Of a stretch of DNA of 64,000 nt, positions 1-13,939 are shown in pieces (the first letter of the stretch is position 1; the number at the start of each line of letters is the position of its first letter). The notes below the pieces were generated by a model. That model was not told the origin of the DNA. It saw only the letters and a program-made list of their open reading frames with translations, and searched no databases. Location: contig CM075990.1 in the NCBI GenBank assembly GCA_038087875.1, positions 13,578,001 through 13,642,000 on the forward strand. Reading direction: 5' to 3'. The stretch is from Malacoraja senta. Taxonomy: Eukaryota. Made by a program: the position numbers and the translations under genes.

Positions 1-496
1 TTGCATGCATGTTAAACGGTGGTTATTAAAATGTGCATCTTGCTGGCCTGTCGAGCTCATTACGACTTGCCTGTTATATTTTGAGCCACTGGAGGGAGCC
101 CTGCTCCCTGCTTTAGGACCCCAGTCTGACCGATTCGCTGGTGGTTCTTCGAATACTTGCCAGTCAGAAGGTGCAGGATTTTTGGAATTGGGTTGCCTGC
201 AAAATTGATCCCTCACTGCGATGCTGGGAAGTCACACCTCATATATGGAATAAGACAGCTGTGGTTATTTTTCAAGCAATTGGAAGACAGTGTTATTGTT
301 GGTCATTTTGGAATAGAGTTTCTTGATTTTACCGAGTATTCTTCTCATCAACTTGATAAGGGATGAAATGCTGTGAATTGCCTTACTTTCCTACTCAGAC
401 TTGACAAGGCAAAGTTTTATATCGCGTCTCCGTGCTGGTCACCTGTAATTCCAGCCTTGAAACAACAGTCCAAACTATACCAGTGCAACGTGCTGG

Positions 497-716
497 AAGG
501 AACTGCAGATGCTGGTTTAAACCGAAGATGGACACAAAGTGCTGGAGTAACTCAGCGGGACAGGCAGTATCTCTGGAGAGAAGCACTGGGTGATGTTTTG
601 GGTCAAGACCCTTTTTCAGACCCTTCTGAAGAAGGGTCTCGATCCGAAACATCACCATTCCTTCTCTCCAGAGATGCTGCCTGTCCCGCTGAGTTACTCC
701 AACATTTTGTGTCTAT
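497..716. mobile_element. Fold-back Penelope-derived terminal-repeat insertion
   Basis: Two inverted arms (..gctggagtaactcagcgggacaggcag.. / ..ctgcctgtcccgctgagttactcc..) around ctgaagaagggtctcgatccgaaac. The tail gaaggaactgcagatgctgg occurs on the left arm only. Confidence 0.75.
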
Positions 717-1436
717 AACAGTGTAATGTCTGGTGCCAAATTGGAGGCTGTTCTTCAGATTAATCTAAGAATGGATTTTTTTAATGACAACTATCTATTG
801 TTGTGGGCTATGCGCATTGAATCCAAATGCTCTTGCACTCCTAATGCCAGTTTATTTGCCTGTGTACATTGTAAATTATTAACAGTTTAAATAGTGATCA
901 CCTGCAGCTGACATAAACCTAGCTTGCTTGTTGAAGATGGATGAATCCGAGGTCTCTTAGCAGAGGATTTGCAAGTGTTGACATTTCCCAGCAGGTGTTC
1001 AGATCTTTCCTGTCCAGTCCTAAAGTTATTACCCAATTTCTCCTTTCACTTCACCTTGCGAAAAAAGCAATAGCTTTGTTTTTAATTTGCACCTGTTCTT
1101 TCTAAGCCAAAGGCACTGAAGGAGCAGAGAGTTATCTTTGGCCAGGGATTCTACAGCTACAATTTTAATCTGCAAACAAATTTATGGATCATTTTGTACA
1201 AAACCAAACCCCTTGACTGGACCCTTGTTCAAATGAATACCAGATTTCCAAAGCATAAGCGCATATGGTAGGATAAATGTCTTTTTCCATTGTTCCCCTC
1301 CAAGTACTATGTACTTTGTCATTATCTTGACTTATTATCGACAAGGCCATTGTGTGTTTAGGCTAATTATTGAGACTAATTTTAGAGCAATCAGATACAT
1401 GGATTGTATCATTTCATATATGGGTGTCACAAGTAA

Positions 1437-1536
1437 AGATAAACACATAAAGCTGGAGTAGCTCAGCGGGTCAGACAGCATCCCTGGAGAAAAGGATTGG
1501 GGTGACGTTTCGGGTCGAGACCCTTCTTCAAACTGA
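1437..1536 (-). mobile_element. Single arm of the Penelope-derived repeat
   Basis: gctggagtagctcagcgggtcagacagcatc...gtgacgtttcgggtcgagacccttcttca. Confidence 0.7.
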
Positions 1537-4500
1537 AGTTCCACATTGCCAGTTGTCCTTTGAATTGAATGATTTTCAGAGCCATGTTAACCAACGGAAA
1601 GAGTGAACCACGCTAGTAGGTTCTGAGTCTCAGATCGGCCAAACTCGTGTGGCCAGTAGAATTTCTTTCATATAGGCGGTCAATGAACTGTTTGAATTTT
1701 TAGGAATTTGTAGTCCTTTTGCCGTCCCCATTACTGATACCTTTTTTTTTCGCATACATTAATTCAGTTACAGTTAATTGAATTAATCTTTGCAGCCTGG
1801 CTCAGCAGGGAATTGGTAATGCAGTCCCCTCAATCCCATTTCACTAGCTCCATACTGCTGTAAAGTTGATCAGGTTCATGATGCTGGGGCCATTGGGCTG
1901 GGCAAGGACTCTGGTGTACCTATCCTGCTGATGGATTGAGAGGATCTTGCAAAGACAGCATGGGTGGTACTTTTCCCATGCCTTAAGGTGTCCAGATTGT
2001 TCATGTCTCCAAAGCAAACAGAAAGCTGGGGATTCCAGCTGCTCTGCACACTACAAGCTTCTTCCCACTCCTGAGGTGTTGGTCATTGTGCAATTCCTTT
2101 TCCCAGAAGGCTAATTGCTGATGCAATGGTGGGTTTTGTCAATGATGCATCTGTCTATTGAAAGGTGGCTCCAACTTTTCCATGGTTGTGCTGTAGATGT
2201 TGATCATTCGGGCAGTAGTTGGGGTAAAGGGGGAGTGGGTTGTCTGGGCATGCTGAGTGTGGCATTGTGCACTGTTGCACATTGGTGAAGAACCATTGTT
2301 CAGTGGCCTGTTCTCTCATACACCTCAGAGAAGGAATTATTGGCTAGGAGCTTGACTTCTCAATGTGCCACTATACAAGCTTCATGTGCACACTGATCTG
2401 AGCTCATGGTTTAATCTATCCTTTCAGTGTCATCAGAAGGAATACTCTCTGCAGTCTTCCAGATATTCAATTGGACCCTTTTTGTTGACTTAACCCCAGC
2501 TCTTCCATGAAGAGTGGCAAGCTCTTTCATTGAGCAGCCCAGCTGCCAATTTCCACAAATCCCAATAACAGGAATAAAATGCAGAGTTATTTTAGCTGCT
2601 GCCTTGCTGTCGCTGGCTGAGGGGAGCATTTGCTAGGTTAGCTCCCACTCTCTTTGATGATAGTCTGGGATCTTTAACATCTCCTTGAATGAGCTGCTAA
2701 GTTTTGGTTTAAGATCTCACCCAAAGTGTTAATAAGTGCCCGGCATAGTCCAGATGATTTCAGCGTAGGATAACTCCCAGTAGATGAGATGCATGATCTA
2801 AGCACACTTCTGCACAGAACCAGTTCATTATCCAAATCTCTGGCCTGCACACATCCGATTGCTTTAAAGGTCCAAGTACGCACTGCGGTTCCAAACCAAT
2901 TTTAAAGCCTGCTCTGGGATTCCTTGGGCCTTCTTGACACATTGAATAACGTGCCTGAAATCTGTTTAATTGCGATGGGAATATGGGCTCTCCCACCCCT
3001 GAACTCGCAGGTTTTGAAGGTTTAATGGCTGGGAAAGGGAGCTTTGTGTACAGGCACACCTGCGCAGAGAAGTCTCCTGGCCAATGAACCTCAATCAGAG
3101 CCAGGCAATGTACACCAAGCTCAACCTCATTGCACCCATCAGTTCCGAACAGATGCCTACAAAACAGATACAACTGTGAATCCTAACCTTCCTTTACATT
3201 GTGAAGAGCAAACCGAGGTTAATTTCTGGTACCTTATCTATGCTGTATCGTTGTTTGGCTATATGATCACGTCTGGTTGCTCTGTGCTGTCTAAGTGTTG
3301 CCTTGCTCCACGAAGCTGTGCTTTGTGTTAATTGGCTTGTCTGCTTTCTTTAAACTCGGGTTATTTATGAGGATTTGGCAACAAAACCAGCTGGTGATTT
3401 TTTTATGAGGGTCTGTTTCAATTAAGAAGGACTTATTCCCAGGAGAGCCTTACATAGGAAAGAGAAAGCTCTGTGCCCTGGCAGGGAATTGATGGGGGAA
3501 GTATAATGTGCGACGGATCCAGTGGAAACACGAAATAATATTATTTTTTTTTCTCTGCGACTGTACAATTTTATGTGAATATGTTAAGTGCCTGACAATA
3601 ACAAGTGCTTCAGAAGAGTGATTTCTATTTTATATTCTTTCATATCGCGCGTGGTAAAGATGGGCTAATAAAGGATTTAGGAAAGCAGGGAGACTGGGTG
3701 AGGTATAAAAGGATGGAGAGAGTGAGGGAAAAGTGCAAATACATGTTGAGATATTGGAGTTTACAGGCAGTGAGACATGAGTGAATCCAACATTGGGATA
3801 TTAAAGAGTACGAGGAAGAATTTCCTTGGACTAGGCAGGGTTTTAATTAAATTGAGGAATCTTGGATGGAAAGAACATACTGTAAGGAAAAGTCTGGAAC
3901 AATGTTCTCATTCCCTGCTCTTTAGATTGAGGTACGGTGCTGAAGAAAGAGGAAGGCTTGACATCCGTTAGGATGCACGAGTGAGGCTTCTTAAGAATGC
4001 AAGTTTGCATCCAGTACCGTTGTTACAGACTAAATGCAAAATCCACATGAAAATGTACGCAACTTTTACCTCATACACTAAGCCTTGTGGTACTGGCTGA
4101 AACCGAGCAGTGAAGGAACTGGTGCAAATCATCCTTCTAAAAATGCTTTTGAAAGGTATTTGGTCAAGTACTTCAATAGGAAAGACAAAGAGGAATATGG
4201 GCCAAATGCAAAAAAATGGTATTGGCGTACATAGAAACATAGAAACATAGAAAATAGGTGCAGGAGTAGGCCATTTGGCCCTTACCCTCCACACCGTCAT
4301 TCAATATGATCATTGAATATGATCATGCCTGCATCCCGAACATTTACAGCTCACCCTTACTCCACGGCCTCATTGTCAATCACTTATCTCCTTCTCAGAT
4401 TTTGGAAAGTAAAAAGATCCAGGTTCTGAAGAACTGGAATAAAATCATTTCAAGTTGATGGTATATCATCAGAATTTAAAAAGTGAGCAAACTATTGACT

Positions 4501-5561
4501 TTTAAGATGTAGAGACAGGGAGCGGTTGAGAAAACGGAAAGGGTATTTGTCTGTGGTGAGAAGGTGGAGACCAGGATTATGTACGTGACAAAAATGTGGT
4601 TGGTGCTGTCTATGGTGATGAATGCTTGTTAATCACAGCTGATCTGTCTGGAGAAGAGTGAGTAGGGGAAGATGAATGAGGCTAGTTTGAAAATAAAACA
4701 GTGCTGAACCTGTGAAATGCAGACAAATGGCAATTGCTAAAACCCTAAAATCAAAGAGAATGCTGGAAATATTCAGCAGATCCGGTAGCATCTGTGGAGA
4801 GAGTACCACTGATTCACGGAATTAATATTACAGATAGTTAACCTTACATCTGAAATCATTATTAATTCCCAATGCATGCAGCATGTCTGAACAAGAGATG
4901 ATATGTTGCACTTTACGCTTATATTGGGCATAGTTGGAACTGCAGTATATGGAAGACCAAAGACAGGGAGGCCAGAGTGGTCAAATTAAAATGGCAGATA
5001 ACTGGAAACTCAGGTGGATTTAACAGAGGTGTTTTGCAAAGCAGTCCCCACTCTGCATTTGTTTCTCCAATGTAGAGAAGACCATATTGTGAGTTCTGAA
5101 TTTAGTTCACTAATTTGGAAGAAAAACAAGTGATTTGCTGCTAAACACAGAAAGACCGTGTGGGTCCCTGGATACCCACTTGATTGGTATGGGTGTCAAG
5201 GATTATGGAGAGAAGACAGGGTAATGAGGTTGAGAGGGAAGGATAAATCAGCCATAATTAAATAGCGGACTAGACCTAATGGGCCGAATGCCCTACTTCT
5301 GCTCCTATGATTGCAAGAGATAAGTTAAAAGATGTTGCCTCCCTCATACTCATAGGAACATTCTGTGAGAAGGGGAGAGTTTAGTCTAGATGGAAGAACA
5401 GGCCAGGGTGTGAAAATATGTCTGACAGTGCAATTGCTATGAGAGTATTGGAAATTATGAGGGATTATTTCTGGCTCTGATGAATCCCAGCAGATTTTCA
5501 GTCCTTGCAATGATTGCTGCATTTACTATGTCAGTCACTATGTTTCCACAAGTATTTTTTC

Positions 5562-5861
5562 AGTTTAATTTAGAGATACAATACAGCACGGAAACAGGGC
5601 TTCGGCCCACTAAGTCCGCACCGACCAGCGATATCACACTATCCCACACACTAGGGACAATTTACAATTTTTACTGAAGCCAATTAATCTACAAACCTGT
5701 ACACCTTTGGAGTGTGGGAGGAAACCGGAGCACCCGGGGAAAACCCACGCGATCACGGGGAAAACGGACAAACTCCGTACAGACAGCACCCGTAGTCGGG
5801 ATCAAACCCAGGTCTCTGGCGCTGTAAGGCAGCAACTCTACCACTGCGCCACCGTGCCGCC
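5562..5861 (-). mobile_element. tRNA-derived V-domain SINE (HE1-like)
   Basis: Minus strand reads gggcggcacggtggcgcagtggtagag (A box), ggtttgatccc (B box), V-domain ggtttcctcccacactccaaag and a CR1-like 3' end ending tatctctaaattaaa. Confidence 0.85.
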
Positions 5862-6561
5862 CTTCATTACCTGAAATGTGCTTCAGATGATCAGCGCTCA
5901 GGGAAGGTTCCACATTCTGCAGATGCGCCTTGGTTTCACTTACACTTCAATGTAATGTGCTGGATTTACCTCATCCACATATTCAGTATCATATATACAT
6001 CCATGAAATGTATGGCCAGATCTCTTTTGAAGTTGGAGTGCAGGTTCTTCCAGCGTCTGCATTAGGGCTACATTGCAATGGAGAATCTTGTGAGTCATTG
6101 AAATATGGAATCTGGAAGAACTTCATGAAATAATCATTTTTATCCTCAGTTTGCTTAATTCTCAAATTCCAACTGTATCCTTTAATCTGACTGAGCTGCA
6201 TTTTGAATGGTGGGACTCAGACTGACGGTGGTCTGCGACACAAACTTCTCCTATTGATTTTCTTAATTGCTGTTGGACTTCCTTTTGAATATCCTGTGAC
6301 TGACAACACTCAGATAAATCATCAGGCAGACAGAGCAAGCTGATCGGAAGAACATGACATCATGACTTCCATCCCTGTTTTTAAGGTTAATCAGAATTCT
6401 TCCTTAAAGCCAAAAGCCTTTGTCTTCTCTGCAGACACGGCAGTCAGTTCTGATTGTATGAATTTGTCCCCTGAAAGATAGCGTCCTGCAGCCCACCCTC
6501 TGATACTTTGCTGACTGATCCTTTGCAAATCTGATGGGTGCAGTTTAAAGTGGTACAACCA

Positions 6562-6564
<3 letters not shown>

Positions 6565-6604
<40 letters not shown>
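6565..6604. repeat. (GA)n microsatellite
   Basis: Directly visible run of about 19-20 GA units. Confidence 0.97.
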
Positions 6605-6605
<1 letters not shown>

Positions 6606-6971
6606 ACACGTGACTATAATGGAAGAAATGCTGGAAGCACGGAGCAGATCTGACAGTATCTGCAAAGAGATAAGTCAGCTTAATATTTCAGGAAGCTCTT
6701 TGTCAAACCTCCTTTTCCTTTCTAATGGAAGGTATACATCCAAAACATTAATCTACTCTTTCCACTTTGCAGGTGCTTATTGCTCGGCAGTGGTCTCCCA
6801 GCATTTTCTATTTTATGCATTAATCATTAAAACTGAGAGACGAGCTATTCAAAGGAGCAGTGTTTAAGTTGTCAATAACCATCATATTATCCTGAATACA
6901 AATAACATGGGTCTCAAAATTGTATTAATGGTAATAATTGTTTGCTTAAAAATCTGTCGCCCTCTGTCACA

Positions 6972-7890
6972 GAGTCATAGAGCACAGAAACAGGCCCTTC
7001 AGCCCAACCTCTCAAATGCTTCATCAAAACTAGTGCCATTTGATCCTTTATTCCTCTAAACCTTTCCTATCCATTTACCTGTCCAAGTGTCTTTTAAAAG
7101 TTGTTACAGTACCTGCCTCAGCTGCCTCCTCTGGCAGCTTGTTCCAAATACCCACCCCCCTCTGAGTGAAAAAGTGACCCCTCAAGTTCCTATTAAATCT
7201 TTCCCCTCTCATCTTAAGTCTGTATCCTCTGGTTTTTGATTCCCCTGCCCTGGGTGAAAGACTCTGTGCATTCATCCTATCTTATCCACTCATAATTTTG
7301 AACACAATACTCCAAATGTGGCTTCACTCCAACGTCTTGTACAGCTGTAACAGAACGTCCTAACTTCTAAACTCAATATGTTTAAGAAGGAACTGCAGAT
7401 GCTGGAATATCGAAGGTAGACAAAAGTGCTGGAGAAACTCAGTGGGTGCAGCAGCATCTATGGAGCGAAGGAAATAGGCAACGTTTCGTGCCGAAACGTT
7501 GCCTATTTCCTTCGCTCCATTGATGCTGCTGCACCCGCTGAGTTTCTCCAGCACTTTTGTCTACCTTCTAAACTCAATATCCTGACTGATGAAGGCCAAT
7601 GTACCAAAAGCCTTTTGCACCACCCTATCAACCTGTGATGCCACTTACAGGAAACGATGTACCCGCATTCCTAGATCCATCTCCTCTACAATATTCCCAA
7701 GGGTCCTACCATGAACTGTGAAGGTCCTGCCCTAGTTTGACTTCTCAAAATGTAATACCTCGTGTTTTTCTGCATTAGCCGTTGCTCAACCCACTTGCCC
7801 AGCAGTTCATGAGCCTACTGTAATTTTTGATAATAATCTTCACTGTTTATGAATGTAGAATCTACTTACATTCGTGTCATCTGCAAACCT
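6972..7890 (-). mobile_element. 5'-truncated CR1 LINE, interrupted at 7380-7564
   Basis: ORF 7075-7275 has TRGYRLKMRGERFNRNLRGHFFTQRGVGIWNKLP, the CR1 ORF2 C-terminus. An FADD-like motif lies near 7875 on the minus strand. Confidence 0.8.
7380..7564. mobile_element. Fold-back Penelope-derived insertion nested in CR1
   Basis: Near-perfect inverted arms flanked by the duplication cttctaaactcaatat (7364-7379 / 7565-7580). Confidence 0.85.
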
Positions 7891-8319
7891 GCCAAACGCT
7901 CTGTCTTAGATATGTTAACTTATTTATAATGAATATATTATAGTTTTGGGTTAAAAGAACTGTTAAGAATTTCAGTTAATAAATATCACAAAACTGCAGG
8001 TGATGGAAATCTGAAATCTGAACTGAAAATGGAATACATGCCCAGATGGTCAGATGCATCTTTGGAGAGAGAAACGGAGCTAATGCTTGAGGAAGAAAAT
8101 CCTTGATTAGAACTGGGTGAGAAAACAAGGTTGTGTGGGTGAGGGAAGGATGGATAGGACAAAGGGAATACCTGTGATAGAATGAGGGCAAGATTGCCAT
8201 AATGAAGTCATAGCTGCTGATTTATAGATGAATGAGGGCAATTAGAATAGGAGATAGCAAACAAAGCAACATGAAAAGCTGTGAAATGCTGGTCAGAGAT
8301 GTAAGGGTGACCCTGAGGT

Positions 8320-8500
8320 TCCAGTGTCTGCCATTGTGATTCTCAATCACACTCCCCCCTTCACCTATCAGACTGCAGTTTCCTGTGCCATTCCAATGAG
8401 GCTGACCATAAGCCTGAGGAATTGCTCCTCACCTTCCATCTCAGTACATTGCAGCCTTCGGAAATCAATAATAAATTCAACAGTTTTAGCCAACTAGCAT
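8320..8500 (+). mobile_element. Degenerate Penelope GIY-YIG C-terminal fragment
   Basis: ..aatgaggctgaccataagcctgaggaattgctcctcaccttccatctcagtacattgcagcct.. resembles the xEAxRKLEEQHLIFRLGxLQP end also seen at 55925-56100. Confidence 0.5.
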
Positions 8501-8592
8501 TCTCTATTTGTATTGAAATAGATAAGTTCTGCTGATAGAAAATACTCAGAAGGTTAGGCAGCATCAGATTAATGAAATTCCACCAGGACATG

Positions 8593-8722
8593 TCTGAAGA
8601 AGGGTTTCGGCCCGAAACGTTGCCTATTTCCTTCGCTCCATAGATGCTGCTGTACCCGCTGAGTTTCTCCAGCATTTTTGTGTACCTTCGATTTTCCAGC
8701 ATCTGCAGTTCCTTCTTTAACA
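8593..8722 (+). mobile_element. Single arm of the Penelope-derived repeat with hammerhead-like core and tail
   Basis: ctgaagaagggtttcggcccgaaacgtt...ccagcatctgcagttccttctttaac. Confidence 0.8.
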
Positions 8723-9106
8723 CATGTAACTGCCTCATTCTGACAAAAGTCTTTGATACCCTTTGTCCTATCATTGAACTATTTTATTTCAACACCAGAT
8801 TTAAGTTCCTTTTTTGAATTAATAGATCCAAAATCATGGAGTGATATAACAGAGATGGAGGATATTCAGCCTCTCGTATCTGTCCTCGACAAAGCTTTTA
8901 GTTTATTCCCTTGATGCTCCAGGGAATTTAAATGATTTTGTTTCCTAATTTTTTTCAATATCTTGAATGATTCGATGATCGTTGTCCACTTGAACCAATG
9001 ATCAATAGCAGTTGCCATGCTATGCCAATATTATGTCAATGGTCTTAACTTGCTTCAATGTGCTTACAGTCCTGTACTGAACATTAACAGTCTTTAACAG
9101 TCTAAA

Positions 9107-9413
9107 TGGGCGGCACGGTGACACAGCAGTTGAGTTGCTGCCTTACAGCACTTTCAGTGCCAGAAACGTGGGTTCGATCCTGACTACGGAGTTTGTACGT
9201 TCTCCCCGTGACCACGTTGCTTTTCTCCAAGAACTTCAGTTTCCTCCCACACTCCAAAGACATACAGGTTTGTAGGTTAATTGGCTTGGTATAAAAGATA
9301 AATTATCCCTAGGATAAAAAGGAATTGTGTGAAGGACAGTGTTAATGTGCAGGGATCGCTGGTCGGTGCGGACTTGGTTGGCCCAAGGGCCTGTTTCCGC
9401 TCTGTATCTCTAA
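9107..9413 (+). mobile_element. tRNA-derived V-domain SINE
   Basis: gggcggcacggtgacacagc...gggttcgatcc (B box)...ttcctcccacactccaaagac...gggcctgtttccgctctgtatctctaa. Confidence 0.85.
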
Positions 9414-11125
9414 GGTATATCAAACAAAATGTACAACATCAAATGTGCAACCATTCAATAAAGAATAGTTTATTTCCCCACCAAAAGGCCTGCACAATCT
9501 TTTCAGCTAATAGTAACAAAAATTAAAAATACTTATCATTCATTTTAAAATCACAATAGATTTGTATAGAATGTAAACATAGAATGTTATTTCACTTCTG
9601 GGCAAGAGCTAAACCAGAGAGCATCAGTGCAAGACATTCTTCAAAGAAATAAAAATAATTCAGGTAGCAGATCTTTAAGCAGAGAGTGGTTTAAATGTGG
9701 GACTGCTAAAAAAGTGTAGCGTGGGGGAAATAGTATAGATATATGTTTGAGGGGAAGGTACAGCAGGATATTAGGGAGAATAGGATTAGGAAGAACTGTT
9801 GATGGAGTTAGATAAGGAATGTTAAGAGGACGCTTTAGAAGAATACAAATTACAGTATGTACTGGTGGCTGAGTGATTTTTCTTTGCTGTATATTCTGTG
9901 TGATTATGTATAATCATGTTGGTCATCTTGGATCTTGATGTACCAAATTACTTCCTTTTTACTACTAGTATCACAGTGACACTGAAAAACATAACAGGGA
10001 GCTGTGTAAATGCCAGTCCTTGTATTCCAGCTCCTCACAAATTACTTCCTGCTTTTATTTTCTGGTTACTTTAGCTGTGAAACCTTGTTCTAACTTTACC
10101 ACTTCTCAGTCCTGCTTCATCTTTACAAATCATCCTCTGCTCCATTAGTCCCATCTGTTGACTGCCCTCTGATCCCAGCCATGTTTCTGCAATGCCAATA
10201 ATGTCAATATTGTAGCTGGCTAATTCCAACGGTTTAATCGTAATGCCTGTTCCATTAGTATAAAAGCATTTTAGCTTATCATTCAGTCCTTTTGGATGCT
10301 TGTTTAAACCTTTTATTTTATTTATTTCTATTTACCTTGAACATTATTACTTCCTCCTTCCTCTCAGTTGGTAATGTCCAGTTGCTTATCTATGTTCAAT
10401 ACAGATTTTTGTTTTGCTTTTCTCTTATCACTTTAACTCCAGTTCCCTCAGGTTCTGATCCAATTTCTCAGCCAACCATTAATGTCTGGTTCCATGAAAA
10501 CTATACTTTTGTACAACTTTGCATTATTTTTATCCCCGTGATGGTGCATGAAATGTTGGTGTCCTCAACAACACCAGTATTATTTAGCCAAGCGTAATTC
10601 CTAAAACACAGTGGGAGGTGAACCACCTTTTTGAACTGCTGCAGTTCTTGAGGTCGAATATCCTCCACAATGCAGTCGGGCATAGATAAGGAGTTAAGGA
10701 TTTTCAATTAATGCTAATGAAGGGAAAAAGATATTTCCAAATCAGGATATTGTGTGACTTGGAAGAGAACTTACAAATAACTCTAAACATGTATCCCTAG
10801 AAGATGGCTCTGGGTGCAGGTTTTATCGGAAATAGCTCGTAATTAGATATTGGGAAATATGAGAGTTGTGTACAGCAATGCAGCATCTCCAGGGAAAACA
10901 TAATGTGTTTTGTTCCTTCAAGAAAACACAAACCACAATTCTATTAAGGGTTATCAATTTCTGAACTTCAGCACTGAATTGGCTAAATCTATAGATCATG
11001 TTGGAAAACAAAGTGTTGGTTAGTTCCTATTGAATAATCAGACTGTAGTATGGGTTCAAGTGTAGCCTAAACATCTTTTAATTATGTATATATGCAAGCC
11101 AGTTGAGGCACTTATTCCATACCCG

Positions 11126-11424
11126 TTTAGTTTAGTTTAGAGATACAGCATGGAAACAGGCCCTTTGCCCACCGAGTCCACACCGACCAGCCATCTTGGT
11201 ACGCTAGCACTATCCTACACACTAGCGACAATTTACTGAAGTCAATTAACCTACAAACCTGTATGTTTTTGAAGTTAGGGAGGAAACTGGAGCACCCGGG
11301 GAAAACCCACACGGTCACGGGGAGAATGTGCAAACTCTATACAGACAGCAGCAGTAGTCTGAATCGAACCCGAGTCTCTGACACTGCATTGCAGCAACTC
11401 TACTGCTGCACCACTGTGCTGCCC
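11126..11424 (-). mobile_element. tRNA-derived V-domain SINE
   Basis: Same family as 5562 and 9107, with a (CTAAA)n tail at 11126-11140. Confidence 0.85.
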
Positions 11425-13939
11425 CTCACTTTTACGGATGCTTTTACAGTTATGTATAATCACTGTTCGTGACTGATGACACCTGCTGGATTTTTGACCT
11501 TCTCAATCTTCTATTCACATGGATGTTTGTAAATTGCTCCTCTCCCAAATGGGTCCCTTCTCCTTCCGTGCAACCTCCCTGCCAGATGAGCATCAAGCAG
11601 CTATCCTAGTTGAGTACAATAGATGTTCCATATGCCTTTGAAACACGCACACGCTATTGCTTTCTTGTACAATGCTGCTGGAATTTACTTGCTTTAGATA
11701 TATTGTGTTATGTGTTCTGCTGAATTGGTATAAACTTAAGCATCAGTTTCTCTCATCCACACACTTCGACAGTGCATCAACTAAACCAAACTGTTATTGC
11801 AGCAGCCTATCTTTGACCAAAACTACAAGTACTGTAAAACAATACCACAGCAGACAATCATGTAACACGTATGCTTAAGATGGTAGAAACCCACCACCTT
11901 AAGATATCAGTTTCCTTCAAAGTTAGTAGACGTACCACCTTAATTTTTCCCTTTAAAAAGATGTGAAGAATGTTGTACAAACAATCAAGCATGTTTGCTT
12001 TGGAAGCTACGTACACCGATAAGTCTAAACAGATCAACTGGGCTTAGATGTCCTGAGAACACCATGAACCAATTCCAATCCCATCTCTCTCTTTCTCACT
12101 CTTCCTGGCCAACTACTTAAGGGTTTTAGCCAGTGGTTAAATTAGTCATCATCTCTACAAGGCCATGTGCATCTTATTCCTCCCACTCTTCGCAACACTT
12201 TTTCAGAGTAATGCATTATTTTCAGCAACATTACCTTTCAGCAACAGGACATATGTGAAAAGATTGCCCTTATGAGTATCGTAACCCCTTACAAAGTGGT
12301 CTGTGCAATACACATACACATTACAATGCCTTGACCACTTATTTTAATTGCACGTGAACTTGCTGCTGTCTCTTGCCATTATGTATTTGAGGTGTATATA
12401 CCAATTCAGTATGTCTTCCTCAATGACTTAGTTACCTTCGGTGGTGTTCACAACATCTCGGCGTAGATTCATAGATGTACCCACACCCAATCTCGGTTTC
12501 TGCAGCTTGGAACTTCCGTATTTCTTATCCTCGTCTCCATGTAATGGGATAAAACGACCAATTTTGAGGCACCAATTTCCCAAATAGCCAGCAGACTGCA
12601 GATAGAATCAGAGAGTTGGACAGCACAGAAATGAACCCTCTGGTCCACCAACCACTTCAAGGTGACCTTTTATTATACTTCACATTAATCTCATATGCAT
12701 GTATACAATAATGTTATTGGCAATGCATTTATTGTGTTATAAGTATTAGCGCTGTTCATTGTTCAGTTTGGGTAAACTAGTTGTTGACAAATATGGATTA
12801 AAAAATATATATTCCTGTGAATAGTTCCATATCACTGGAGTTCCCTGTACCTTCACTCTTGTACATTGTGATAGCAGGGTGAATTTCACAATTTTACAGT
12901 CTGACCATGAGATAGAGCTCAGTATAGAATAGGATAGTCGCTTCAATTTACAAACTTGCCCATCTTGCTTTGAGATTGCGACATTGCAACATTGCAAACC
13001 ACCCACAAGCCCTCTCTCTAAAGGCAGACAATATTCTGTACACCACATGCAAGTAATGACATAAAGGATGTATTGGTTTTCATGTAGACAAATGTAGGTG
13101 CCTAACACAGGCAGCAAGTCGCCAGGATCAGTAGTGAAATACACATCAGTTATTGGATATTTTTTGGAAATGGTGTCAGGGAGAGGAGAATTGGCGACGA
13201 CACTGTAATAACTTGATACTCACTTCAAATAGCTCCAAGGAATCTTTAACGTTAGTGTCAATCTTTACAATAGGTTTTTAATTTGATATCTCTTGCACAG
13301 GAGAGCAGGACTGGATGGATAGTAAAGTGTAATCAAAACGAGAAGCAAGAAGGGATGAACATTTCTCCTTTATTCATTTTTCCTCAAAATGCTGCTTTTG
13401 CACAGAAAGCCACTTCTAAAAGGTCCATTAAAAGCTTTGGTCATGTTATGTGGATTACGCTTTTATCTGTCTGGACAGTCATGAATCATTTTAGTCATCA
13501 ATAAGAATTTCCCCAGAGGATGGAGAAATCCTTCAGATGCAGAGTAGCCCCACTACAGGAGCGAAGGGTAGATATTGCCTCTGCGTTGAAAAATTTGTGC
13601 TTCAAACAGAACACTTCCCCTACACTGATAGATGATAAATAATTTCAGAAGGTTAATTATTGCTTCATCAAAACAAAATAATGGTGATAGGTTTCTTGCA
13701 CAGATCAGGCAACAAAATCATTAAACTGTCCTTCATTAATGGCGAGCTGACAATTTAGTTACATGTGCTGCATGGACAGAAGAGCTAGTCGCAGCTTGAA
13801 TGCCTCACCAATATTGCATGGAATCTTTAGGCCATGGTGCAGGCAGCATTGCTTGTAGTCTCTCTGTGTTTTTAATCTTGGCCGCACAATATGGAGGGAA
13901 AGCTTCTATTTTGGCCACACTGTCATGCTGATGTGACGT

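Noticed and set aside
9107-9185. tRNA-like heads (also 5790-5861, 11360-11424, 32780-32858)
   Set aside because: They are SINE heads continuous with the V domain and tail, not tRNA genes.
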